A stretch of DNA of 64,000 bases. Source: an uncultured Acidimicrobiaceae bacterium (GTDB lineage Bacteria; Actinomycetota; Acidimicrobiia; Acidimicrobiales; RAAP-2). Numbering within the stretch: position 1 is the stretch's first letter; each line of letters begins with the position of its first letter. This document shows positions 28,324 to 36,939 of the stretch, piece after piece. Location: assembly GCA_963833585.1 (NCBI GenBank), contig CAWHYF010000005.1, positions 769,774 through 833,773 on the forward strand, read 5' to 3'. Made by a program: the position numbers and the translations under genes. A model generated the notes under the pieces. That model searched no databases. It saw only the letters and a list, made by a program, of their open reading frames with translations, and was not told where the DNA came from.

Positions 28324-28356
28324 GACGACCGGCCCCCTGGGCGGGGACCGGTCGTC
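28324..28356 (-). terminator. Hairpin downstream of the peroxiredoxin gene (candidate intrinsic terminator)
   Basis: GACGACCGG...CCGGTCGTC forms a 9-bp stem extended by 4 G:C pairs, with a 5-nt loop. It lies 46 nt after the stop at 28402 and has no clear U-tract. Confidence 0.4.
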
Positions 28357-28401
28357 GCCGGATCGGACCGGGGCCGGAGCCGGACCTCGGGCGGCCGGGC
28401 G

Positions 28402-29037
28402 CTACTTGTTGGGCTGCGGCGTGATGCGCAGGTAGGGCTTGACGGCGTTGAAGCCCTTGGGGAACCGCTCTTTGGCCTCCTCGTCGGACACCGCCGGAAC
28501 GATGACCACGTCGTCGCCGTCCTTCCAGTTGACCGGGGTCGCCACCTTGTAGTCCGCGGTGAGCTGGAGCGAGTCGAGGACCCGGAGGATCTCCTGCACG
28601 TTGCGGCCGGTCGAGGCCGGGTAGGTGAGGGTCAGCTTGATCTTCTTGTCCGGCCCGATGATGAACACGGAGCGCACCGTGGCGGTGTCGTTGGCGTTCG
28701 GGTGGATCATGTCGTAGAGGTCGGCCACTTTGCGGTCCTCGTCCCCGATGAGCGGGAAGTTGAGCGCCGTGCCCTGGGTCTCCTCGATGTCTCCGGCCCA
28801 CTTGCCGTGCGAGGCCACATCGTCGACCGAGAGGCCGATGAGCTTGGTGTCCCGCTTGTCGAACTCTCCCTTGGCCGCCGAGAAGGCGCCCAGCTCAGTG
28901 GTGCAGATGGGAGTGAAGTCCTTGGGATGCGAGAAGAGCACTCCCCAACTGTCCCCGAGATACTCGTGGAAGTTGATGGTGCCCTCGGTCGTCTCCGCAG
29001 TGAAATCGGGGGCTTCGTCGCCCAGACGGATTGCCAT
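28402..29037 (-). CDS. 1-Cys peroxiredoxin (Prx6 subfamily)
   Basis: ATG at 29037 ([12 protein letters not shown]...). It has the peroxidatic Cys motif FTPICTTE, which holds the only Cys in the protein. Confidence 0.9.
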   Translation of the reverse strand: MAIRLGDEAPDFTAETTEGTINFHEYLGDSWGVLFSHPKDFTPICTTELGAFSAAKGEFDKRDTKLIGLSVDDVASHGKWAGDIEETQGTALNFPLIGDEDRKVADLYDMIHPNANDTATVRSVFIIGPDKKIKLTLTYPASTGRNVQEILRVLDSLQLTADYKVATPVNWKDGDDVVIVPAVSDEEAKERFPKGFNAVKPYLRITPQPNK

Positions 29038-29254
29038 GGATGCTCCTTTTTGTTGTGCGGTGAGGGTGTTGTTGTCGACAGGTGCCTCGTTCAAGAGGCC
29101 TCGCCGCGGCGTGCCAAACGGGTCCGGCAACCGCCACGGTCTCCCGCTGCGGGCCAGGATAGACGACCCCGCTCCAATTGTCGACCGAGTTGGTCGTGTT
29201 TATGCCCGGGGCCGGGCTCCCGCTCCGTTCTGGCTCTCCCCCGCCGGTTCCTGC

Positions 29255-30049
29255 ATGCTTGGGGGCATGAACCCGACCGTAGTGGTGGAACGGGCCGGAC
29301 CGGTCACGGTGGTGACCATCCACCGGCCGGAGCGCCGCAACGCCGTCGATCCGGCCACGGCCGCCGCCCTGCTCGACGCCTTCACCGGCTTCGACGAGGA
29401 CGACGCCGCGGCCGTGGCGGTGCTGACCGGGTCCGGTGGCACCTTCTGCGCCGGCGCTGACCTCCAGTCCCTGGCCGAGGGCGCTCGGCACCGCGTCGCC
29501 GAGGACGGTCCGGGACCCCTCGGCCCCACCCGTCTGGCCCTGGGGAAGCCGGTGATCGCCGCCGTCGAGGGGTACGCGGTGGCCGGTGGCCTGGAGCTGG
29601 CCGTCTGGTGCGACCTCCGGGTGGCGGCCGAGGACGCCGCCTTCGGGGTGTTCTGTCGACGGTTCGGCGTACCGCTGATCGACGGCGGCACGATCCGGCT
29701 CCCCCGGCTGATCGGTCAGGGCCGTGCCCTCGACCTCATCCTCACCGGGCGGGAGGTCGGCGCCGAGGAGGCCCTCGCCATGGGACTGGTCAACCGGGTG
29801 GTGCCGCCGGGCTCGGCACGGGACCGGGCCGTGGCGTGGGGCCACGAGCTGGCCGCCCTCCCCCAGACCTGCCTGCGCAACGACCGACGCTCGACCCTGG
29901 ATCAGTGGAGCCTCTCGGTCGAGGACGCCCTGCGCGCCGAGTATCGCTTCGGTCGGGACAGCCTGGCCTCGCCCGACGCCGCGGCCGGCGCCGCCCGCTT
30001 CTCCTCGGGGGCGGGGCGGGGCGGGGCGGTCGTCGGCACCGACCGCTGA
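29255..30049 (+). CDS. Enoyl-CoA hydratase/isomerase (crotonase) family protein
   Basis: VTIHRPERRNAV, FCAGADL and the AVAGGLELAVWCD oxyanion-hole motifs. The start is the ATG at 29255 or at 29267. Confidence 0.85.
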   Translation: MLGGMNPTVVVERAGPVTVVTIHRPERRNAVDPATAAALLDAFTGFDEDDAAAVAVLTGSGGTFCAGADLQSLAEGARHRVAEDGPGPLGPTRLALGKPVIAAVEGYAVAGGLELAVWCDLRVAAEDAAFGVFCRRFGVPLIDGGTIRLPRLIGQGRALDLILTGREVGAEEALAMGLVNRVVPPGSARDRAVAWGHELAALPQTCLRNDRRSTLDQWSLSVEDALRAEYRFGRDSLASPDAAAGAARFSSGAGRGGAVVGTDR

Positions 30050-30064
30050 GGACCGGATCGCCCG

Positions 30065-30790
30065 GTGCCCGAGCTGGCCGCCTTCGACTTCGACGGGACC
30101 CTGACCCACGGCGGCAGTGTCCTCCACTTCCTGGTGACCCTGGTGGGGCGCCGGGCCGCGCTCGGTGCCACCGTGGCCCTGGCCCCCCGTCTGGCCCGTG
30201 GGGCCCTGGCGGGGGGAACCCTGGCCGACGGGGCCAAGGAGCAACTGTTCGAGCGGGTGCTGGCCGGAGCGGAGGCCTCTCGGGTCGACGAGGTCTCGGA
30301 GCGCTTCGCCCGCCACCACCTGTCCCGCCACCTTCGCACCGACGTGCGGGAGCGGTTCGAGTGGCACCGCCACCGCGGCGACCGGGTGGTCATCGTGTCG
30401 GCCTCCCCCGAGGTGTACGTCCGGGTGGCCGGGGAGCTGCTCGGGGCCGACGGCGTGATCGCCACCCGCCTGGCCGTCGACGGGCACGGCCGGCTCACCG
30501 GCCGGTACGAGGGTGCCAACTGCCGGGGCCAGGAGAAGCTGCGGCGCCTCCGGGCCTGGACGGAGGAGGTCGGTGCCCGCCCGGACCGCCTGTGGGCCTA
30601 TGGCAACAGCCGGGGCGATCTGCGGATGCTGGAGGCCGCCGACGTGGGGGTCAACGTCGGGCGGCTCGGCCGGCTGGGGCGACTCCGGGCCTATCCCGGA
30701 CTCGACGACGCGCCGCCCGCAGGTGAGGGCGCCGGTGGCGGCGGGAGCAGGGCCGGCCTGGCGCCGACCCCGCGGCCACCGGGTCCCTGA
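30065..30790 (+). CDS. HAD-IB family hydrolase
   Basis: HAD motifs DFDGTL, VSASP and K...GNSRGD. The C-terminal roughly 35 aa are low complexity. Confidence 0.75.
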   Translation: MPELAAFDFDGTLTHGGSVLHFLVTLVGRRAALGATVALAPRLARGALAGGTLADGAKEQLFERVLAGAEASRVDEVSERFARHHLSRHLRTDVRERFEWHRHRGDRVVIVSASPEVYVRVAGELLGADGVIATRLAVDGHGRLTGRYEGANCRGQEKLRRLRAWTEEVGARPDRLWAYGNSRGDLRMLEAADVGVNVGRLGRLGRLRAYPGLDDAPPAGEGAGGGGSRAGLAPTPRPPGP

Positions 30791-30851
30791 CCCCTCGCCG
30801 GGGTCACGCGGATCCGTCCCCGAACGGGGCCGCCCGGCGGTCCGTCCCGGG

Positions 30852-33590
30852 TCAGAGGTACTCCTTCTTGCGCATCCACACCAGCACGAACCAACCCCAG
30901 ATGGGGGGCAGGTAGGCGGTGAAGAGACGCTGGACGAAGACCGCCGCCACGGCGTCGGTCTCGTTGATACCCGCCGCGGTCAGGCCGATGATCATCCCGG
31001 CCTCGACCACACCCATGCCGCCCGGCACCGGCGAGATCCCCCCCAGCATGGACCCCAGCGTGAGCACGACGATCAGGGTGGCCAGGCCGAGTCGGTCCCC
31101 GAAGGCGTGGAGGGAGGCGCCGAGGGCCATGGCCACGAAGATCTGGGCGGCCGCGCTCCCGCCGAAGATCTCCACGAGATTGCGGGGGTGCCCGGCCAGC
31201 AGCTTGAGATGGTCCCAGACCTCGGAGGCCTTGGGGCGGAGCTTGGCCGCGGCCAGCCTCCGCCACCGGGGGATGGCGAACACCAGGCCGAGGGCCACCC
31301 CCACCACCACCACGGCCACCACGATGAGCCACACCAGGTTGGAGCTGGACGAACCGGAGTCGCTGGTCGGGGAGGAGTCGAAGTGGAGGTTCCCGATGGC
31401 CAGGGGCAGGGCGATCAGGAACAGCACGCCCTTCACGATCCAGCTGGCCGTGCTGGCCAGGACGCCGGAGCTCACCGCCACGGTGGGGGTGTACCCCTCC
31501 TGCTGGAAGAAGCGGACCCGGGTGGCGAGCACCGCCATCGACCCTCCGGCCAGGGCCACGAAGGTGTCGGAGAGCTCGAGCGCCACGGTGCGGCCGTAGG
31601 GCAGGGGGTTGGTCACCGATCCCACGGTGGTCAGGGCGATGGCCGGGTAGGCCGCCTGGGCCAGCACGAAGGTCACCGCCACCCAGCCCCAGTCGGCGCC
31701 GGTGATGGTGCTCCACGACTTCCCCACGTTGATCAGCACCCCGATCAGGGCCCATCCCCCGATGAGGGTCCCCGCCACCAGGGCCAGGCTGACCCAACTG
31801 ATCCGTCGGGGCTCGACCAGTTTGGGCACCTCCACCCCGACGCCGGCGGCACCCTGATCCCGGAGGGCCACGAGGAGGGCCTTCTTCCCGCGCAGGGTCC
31901 TCGACGCCACCGGGTCCAGGGCGGCCCGTTGCAGATGGGGAAGCGCGCCGGCGATGACCTCGGGGGGCACCGTCCGAACGGCGGCGGCCACCGCACGCTG
32001 CGGTCCGGCCACCACCGCCAGGGCGGCCAGGGCCGCCGCCGTGTCCCGGTCCAGTTGGTCGGCGGTCGCCACCGTGGAGGCGGTGCGGAAGTCCACGAAG
32101 CCCGCCGAACCGTCGTCGTCCACCACGATGGTCTCGGTGGAGAGGGCGCCGTGAGCGATCCGGGCCGAACGCAGGATCAGCAGCTCACCGAGGACTCGGT
32201 CGAGCGCCGCGTCGGGGATCACCGGTCCCGATGGCCCGGCCTCCCGGGCCCCGACCACCTCGGGCGGTTGGGCGTGCCCAGCGGCCTGGTCGGGATCGGC
32301 GCCGGGTGGTACCTCCGGGTCGGCCGGCGCCCCGGCGGCGTCGGGGCTCGGCGGCAGGACGTACTCGGCGAACATCGACAGGGGTCGCCCCGGGGGTGGC
32401 CGGGTGACCAGGAGTGCGTCCCGCGCCGGACCGGCCGGACCGGCCGCCAGCACGGTCGGCACCCGGGCCCCGGCCCGGTCGGCCATCAGGGTCAGGTAGG
32501 CCTCGTGTTCGACCTGCTGGCGCCGGGTCAGCGCCAGGGTCGGGCCCGAGTCCCGGTAGAAGAGGAAGCGCACCGTCTTGGCCAGCAGCTGGGCATCGGA
32601 GGCGTCGCGTCCGTAGACCGACACGTCGACCCGGGCCCCGTCGACCGTGCCGCCGAAACGACCGACGCCCCACTCCTGTTTGGAGGCGGGTCGCACGCCG
32701 ACGGCGTTGATGCGGAGGTCGTCCAACAGCAGACCCACCTCACCGGTGGACGGAAGTCCGAGCGGCGACCCGAACGCCAGGTGCACCACGGCGGTGACCC
32801 CCCAGCCGACGGCCAGGCTGGCCAGGACCGCCAGTGGGACCCCGGACCCGTTGACCACCGCGGTGATGGCCAGCAGGCCGATGGCGGTCTCCAGACAGAG
32901 CTGCAGCCACCGGCTGAAGTAGGGCAGGGCCGCAGTGACCACGGCCACCGTGGCCGCCACCCGGGCCACCGGGAAGGCCAGGTCGACGTGGGCGTAGGCG
33001 GACGTCTGGGGACGTCCCCCGTCCGTCCCCAGCAGCACGGCCGACAGGATGCACAGGAGCCAGGCGGCCGCCCCCGACACGGCGATGTCCCTGATGGCCG
33101 AGAGGCGTCTCGACACCAGGGTCATGAAGGCGATCACGCAGACCACCCCGAGCGAGGTGATCCACCAGATGGACGAGATCAGCCATCGGACACCATCGGG
33201 CGGGGAGCCCATGGTGGTGGCCACGGTGTGCTCGAGGCTGGAGTCGGTCTTGGTGCCGAGCCAGCACACCACCAGGGCGGAGGCGGCCAGACCGAGCTTG
33301 ACGGCGTCCGACCCTCGCCGACGGGTCTGACCGTCGCCCACCGGGGCGAAGACGACGGCTCGCCACCGTCGCCCCCGGGTCCGCCAGGACGCCGGACGAG
33401 GGCGGTCGGCGGGATCGGACGCTCCGGACGCCCCCGACGATCCCGGCTGGTCCGCGGCCTCGGTCACCCGGGCCGCGCCGTCGGCTGACGACCCCTCCCC
33501 ACCCTCGAGCACAGGTGATTGGGTGGTCTCCGCTCCGGCCCCACCCGGCTCGACGGCTCGACCTGCCCCATCCCGGTGCCAGTGTTCCAT
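30852..33590 (-). CDS. Polytopic membrane protein: N-terminal TM bundle, degenerate kinase-like module, C-terminal flippase-like (LPG-synthase TM / UPF0104-type) domain
   Basis: 912 aa. The C-terminal roughly 330 aa have about 8 TM helices ending in ...SPVPGGMGVVEAGMIIGL...FVQRLFTAYLPP, the pattern seen in MprF-flippase-like domains. The central part resembles a protein-kinase fold but reads HGALSTETIVV and DFR where HGDLxxxN and DFG would be expected. The start codon is uncertain. Confidence 0.6.
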   Translation of the reverse strand: MEHWHRDGAGRAVEPGGAGAETTQSPVLEGGEGSSADGAARVTEAADQPGSSGASGASDPADRPRPASWRTRGRRWRAVVFAPVGDGQTRRRGSDAVKLGLAASALVVCWLGTKTDSSLEHTVATTMGSPPDGVRWLISSIWWITSLGVVCVIAFMTLVSRRLSAIRDIAVSGAAAWLLCILSAVLLGTDGGRPQTSAYAHVDLAFPVARVAATVAVVTAALPYFSRWLQLCLETAIGLLAITAVVNGSGVPLAVLASLAVGWGVTAVVHLAFGSPLGLPSTGEVGLLLDDLRINAVGVRPASKQEWGVGRFGGTVDGARVDVSVYGRDASDAQLLAKTVRFLFYRDSGPTLALTRRQQVEHEAYLTLMADRAGARVPTVLAAGPAGPARDALLVTRPPPGRPLSMFAEYVLPPSPDAAGAPADPEVPPGADPDQAAGHAQPPEVVGAREAGPSGPVIPDAALDRVLGELLILRSARIAHGALSTETIVVDDDGSAGFVDFRTASTVATADQLDRDTAAALAALAVVAGPQRAVAAAVRTVPPEVIAGALPHLQRAALDPVASRTLRGKKALLVALRDQGAAGVGVEVPKLVEPRRISWVSLALVAGTLIGGWALIGVLINVGKSWSTITGADWGWVAVTFVLAQAAYPAIALTTVGSVTNPLPYGRTVALELSDTFVALAGGSMAVLATRVRFFQQEGYTPTVAVSSGVLASTASWIVKGVLFLIALPLAIGNLHFDSSPTSDSGSSSSNLVWLIVVAVVVVGVALGLVFAIPRWRRLAAAKLRPKASEVWDHLKLLAGHPRNLVEIFGGSAAAQIFVAMALGASLHAFGDRLGLATLIVVLTLGSMLGGISPVPGGMGVVEAGMIIGLTAAGINETDAVAAVFVQRLFTAYLPPIWGWFVLVWMRKKEYL

Positions 33591-33707
33591 GCCGATCTGA
33601 ACACTACGGCGTGGTCCCGCGGGGGACGGTCATCGGTGCCGCCGGTCGGCCACCCGACGCCACGTCGGGTGGCCTCGGGGCCCGCGCCGTGCTCCACCGA
33701 TCCCCGG

Positions 33708-35741
33708 CTACCCCGCTCCCGAGCCGTAGAAGCCGGCGTCGCCGAAGGTGAAGATCCCCCCGTCCCCCGCCACCAGCCAGTAGCCGAGTCCGTCCGGCGT
33801 GGAGGTCATGCCGACCACCGGCTTGACCAGGGAAAGGTTCCCGGTCGAGCCGGAGAAGGTGGCGTCGCCGAAGGTGAAGATGCCGCCGTCGGAGGCCACC
33901 AGCCAGTACCCGCGCCCGTCGGGGGTGGGGGCCATGCCCACCACCGGCCGGTTGAGGTGGATGTTGCCGGTCGAGCCGGAGAAGCCGGCGTCGCCGAAGG
34001 TGAAGATGCCGCCGTCGGAGGCCACCAGCCAGTACCCGCGCCCGTCGGGGGTGGGGGCCATGCCCACCACCGGCTGGTTCAATCTCATGCTCCCCGTCGA
34101 GCCGAAGAACCCGGCGTCGCCGAAGGTGAAGATGCCGCCGTCGGAGGCCACCAGCCAGTAGCCGGCCCCGTCGGGGGTGGCGGCCATCCCGACGATGGGC
34201 CGGTTGAGGTGCTGGGCGCCCATGGACCCGTGGAACCCGGCGTCGCCGAAGGTGAAGATGCCGCCGTCGGAGGCCACACCCCAGTAGCCCCCACCGTCGG
34301 GGGTGGGCGCCATGCCGACGATCGGCCGGTTGAGCGGCAGGCCCTCGGCCGACCCCAGGAAGGTGGCATCGCCGAAGGCGACGATCCCCCCGTTGTTGCC
34401 GGCCAGCCAGTAGCCCCGCCCGTCCGGGGATCGGGCCATGGCCACCGCCGGGCTGTCCAAGGCGGTGGCCGTGGTGAACCAGTCCGACCTCAACCCCACG
34501 CCGGCGGCAAAGGCGTCGCCGGTCAGCGAGACGTCCTGGTTGGAGCCCACCAGGGTCATGGTGGTGACCCGCCCACCGAAGTCGCCGTACCCGTTCCGCC
34601 CGGTGATGGAGATGGACCGCAGGTCGCCCAGCTGGGGCCAGGTGGCGTCGATGGTCGCCACCGGCACGGCGGTGGTCCAGTCATGATTGGGATTGCACGC
34701 CCCGGGGACGCAGACCGAGTCCCCGGCGTCGGGCACCGCCGGGAAGACCCCGGGATTGGTGTAGCCGCCCGTCGACGCCGAGTACTGGGTGGCCGCCACC
34801 ACCCCGCCGGGGAACTCCATGACCTGCCCGCCGGTGGCCGAGGTGGCCAGGTCGGTGACGGCGCTCTCGTTCAGTGTCCCCCGGTAGGTCTGACAGGCGA
34901 GGTCGCAGGTGTCGGCGTAGCCCCCGTAGGAGTTGGGGCTCGCCATCACGTACGACCGGGTGGCCACGGCCTGGGCCTCGAGCTCCTGGAAGCCCCACGC
35001 CTGCCCCTGAGGTCCGGCGGCGCCGAGCGATCCCCAACCGGCGGGCGACTCGTTGGGCACCACGCCCGCCACGTACTGCTCGAGGGGCACCTCGTTGACC
35101 GTCCGGGCCTGCTGCAGGGAGTTGTAGGTGGCCAGGATGGAACCGTGCATGGTGACGTTGGCGGCTCCTCCCAGACAGAGGGTGAGCGTCTCTGAGCCGT
35201 CGTCGGGGCTGGGGGTGGCCGTGGGGTCGGTGGTCGAGGCCACGACGTTGGTCCAGGTGCCGTCAGGATTACCCGCGCACGAAGACGACGTCCACACCGC
35301 CCACGCCGGCCCGGGTACCTGGGTCATCAGCGCGACCTGCCCCGGAGGGAAGTACACCCCGGCCACGGTGAATCCGGTGGCGGAGGCCACGATCAGGTTG
35401 TTCCCGTCGTTCTCGGTCATGGCCACGGTGACGACGTGGGCCTCCTGCGGCGCCGGCAGCGTGGCCAGGCTGGTCCCTCCGTAGTACGCCCCCAAGATCG
35501 AGGGGTAGGGCGTCTGGGCCAGCGCGGACCCCAGCGCGCCCCACTGCCCCATGCCGTGACCGTGACCGAAGCCGTGTCCCTGGATGATCACCGACGAGGA
35601 CGGGTAGGCGGCGGCCGGTGGCGTCGCCAGGCCCACCCCCACCAGCCAGGCCAGCAGGACCCCCACCGTGACCGCCCCCACCCCACGCCGGCCGCCACCG
35701 CCCCGGTGCCGCTTCGTGACTGGATCCGGATTCACCTGCAC
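33708..35741 (-). CDS. SpoIID/LytB-domain protein fused to six 42-aa repeats (beta-propeller-like)
   Basis: N-terminal signal/TM segment and a SpoIID signature (GHGFGHGHGMGQWGA...ATRSYV...CQTYRG). The C-terminal 246 aa are six repeats of the form VGMAPTPDGxGYWLVASDGGIFTFGDAGFxGS. Confidence 0.8.
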   Translation of the reverse strand: MQVNPDPVTKRHRGGGGRRGVGAVTVGVLLAWLVGVGLATPPAAAYPSSSVIIQGHGFGHGHGMGQWGALGSALAQTPYPSILGAYYGGTSLATLPAPQEAHVVTVAMTENDGNNLIVASATGFTVAGVYFPPGQVALMTQVPGPAWAVWTSSSCAGNPDGTWTNVVASTTDPTATPSPDDGSETLTLCLGGAANVTMHGSILATYNSLQQARTVNEVPLEQYVAGVVPNESPAGWGSLGAAGPQGQAWGFQELEAQAVATRSYVMASPNSYGGYADTCDLACQTYRGTLNESAVTDLATSATGGQVMEFPGGVVAATQYSASTGGYTNPGVFPAVPDAGDSVCVPGACNPNHDWTTAVPVATIDATWPQLGDLRSISITGRNGYGDFGGRVTTMTLVGSNQDVSLTGDAFAAGVGLRSDWFTTATALDSPAVAMARSPDGRGYWLAGNNGGIVAFGDATFLGSAEGLPLNRPIVGMAPTPDGGGYWGVASDGGIFTFGDAGFHGSMGAQHLNRPIVGMAATPDGAGYWLVASDGGIFTFGDAGFFGSTGSMRLNQPVVGMAPTPDGRGYWLVASDGGIFTFGDAGFSGSTGNIHLNRPVVGMAPTPDGRGYWLVASDGGIFTFGDATFSGSTGNLSLVKPVVGMTSTPDGLGYWLVAGDGGIFTFGDAGFYGSGAG
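33711..34448. repeat. Six tandem 126-bp coding repeats (last one 108 bp)
   Basis: The protein-level 42-aa periodicity is visible in the DNA, and repeats 4 and 5 are nearly identical. The shadow ORF 33799..34161 shows the same periodicity. Confidence 0.85.
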
Positions 35742-35816
35742 CTCGGGAGGCAGAGTACCGCCACCGTCCCACGCTGGCGCGGACCAGCGCTTGGACGGAT
35801 CTCCGGGCCGGCGGTG

Positions 35817-36932
35817 CTAGACGGAGCTGACCCCCTGGACGGTGCAGGCCGCGTCGAGGGCGGCGGCAAAACGCTCCCTGACCCGCGGCAGGGCGAAGGA
35901 CTCCACCCGTTCGGCGGCCGCCCCGGCCAAGACGCTCCGCAGGTTCTGGTCGTGAACCACCCGGTCGATGGCCGCGGCCACCCGGGCCGGGCCCTTGTCC
36001 GGCAGCACCAGGCCGGCCCCCTGGACGGTCTCGGGTACGGCCGTGTTGGCGTAGGCCACGATCGGCAGACGGTGGTACATCGACTCCAACAGGGGAACGC
36101 AGAACCCCTCGTGGTTGGAGAGGCAGCAGAACGCGTCGGCGGCGGCGTAGTAGGCGATGAGCTGTTCGTGGGTGACCACGCCGGCCATCTCCACCGCATC
36201 GGTGAGTCCGAGCTCCTCGATGAACCGATCGAGGGCCACCGAGTACTCCTCGCTGATCGATCCCCCCACCACCTGGAGCCGGGCCTCCGGGTCGTAGAGC
36301 CGACGGTAGGTGGCCAGGGCCTTGATCAGATCGTCCTGGCCCTTGTGAGGGGAGACCTTGCCCACGAACAGCAGATCGGCTCCGCCGTGCGACTTCTGGG
36401 CGGCCAGCCGCGCCTCCACGGCCGGGTCCGGTGCGCCCGCAAAGCTGTCGAGGTCGATGAGCAGGGGGATGGTCGTGGTCGACCGGTAGCCGGCCGAACG
36501 GAGCTCCCCCTCGTTGAACCGTGAGTCGGCGACGGCGAACTCGGTCACCGGGGCCAGGTCCCGCAGCTGGGCCCGTCCCCACCGAACCTCCTCCCCGACC
36601 TCGGGCATCCATGCCTCGATGAGGTCGGCCGGAGTGATGTTGTGGTAGTTCACGAACTTCCGCTCGGGTCGCTCACGGAAGACATCGGCCACGCCGCTGC
36701 CGATGGACAGCTGGTACAGGAGGACCCGTCCGTTGGCCGGATGGTCGCTCAGCCTGCCGACGGGATACCCGAACTCCAGTCGGTCCGATGAGGCATTGCC
36801 GTAGTAGATGTCGGACCGGTACCCGCGCGACCGGAGTAGGTCACGGAGCTGCACGGTGTGCCCGCCGATGGCGTCACGGCTGGCCAGCGTGGGAATGACC
36901 TGGTCGATCCGGTCGACGCCGCCGTCCGTCAC
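35817..36932 (-). CDS. Glycosyltransferase family 4 (GT-B fold)
   Basis: LLFVGKVSPHKGQDDL and SNHEGFCVPLLESM (E-x7-E region). The GTG at 36932 lies 8 nt after the wzt stop; the track start at 36986 would overlap wzt by 47 nt. Confidence 0.8.
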   Translation of the reverse strand: MTDGGVDRIDQVIPTLASRDAIGGHTVQLRDLLRSRGYRSDIYYGNASSDRLEFGYPVGRLSDHPANGRVLLYQLSIGSGVADVFRERPERKFVNYHNITPADLIEAWMPEVGEEVRWGRAQLRDLAPVTEFAVADSRFNEGELRSAGYRSTTTIPLLIDLDSFAGAPDPAVEARLAAQKSHGGADLLFVGKVSPHKGQDDLIKALATYRRLYDPEARLQVVGGSISEEYSVALDRFIEELGLTDAVEMAGVVTHEQLIAYYAAADAFCCLSNHEGFCVPLLESMYHRLPIVAYANTAVPETVQGAGLVLPDKGPARVAAAIDRVVHDQNLRSVLAGAAAERVESFALPRVRERFAAALDAACTVQGVSSV

Positions 36933-36939
36933 CGGTCGA

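Noticed and set aside
27668-29186. The shared 9-mer TTGTCGACC at 27668 (pnp leader) and 29178 (prx / enoyl-CoA hydratase divergent region), plus the palindrome TGTCGACA near 29065, as a possible common operator.
   Set aside because: Two occurrences of a 9-mer in 128 kb of two-strand sequence are compatible with chance. There is no consistent dyad partner or spacing, and the neighbouring genes have no functional link.
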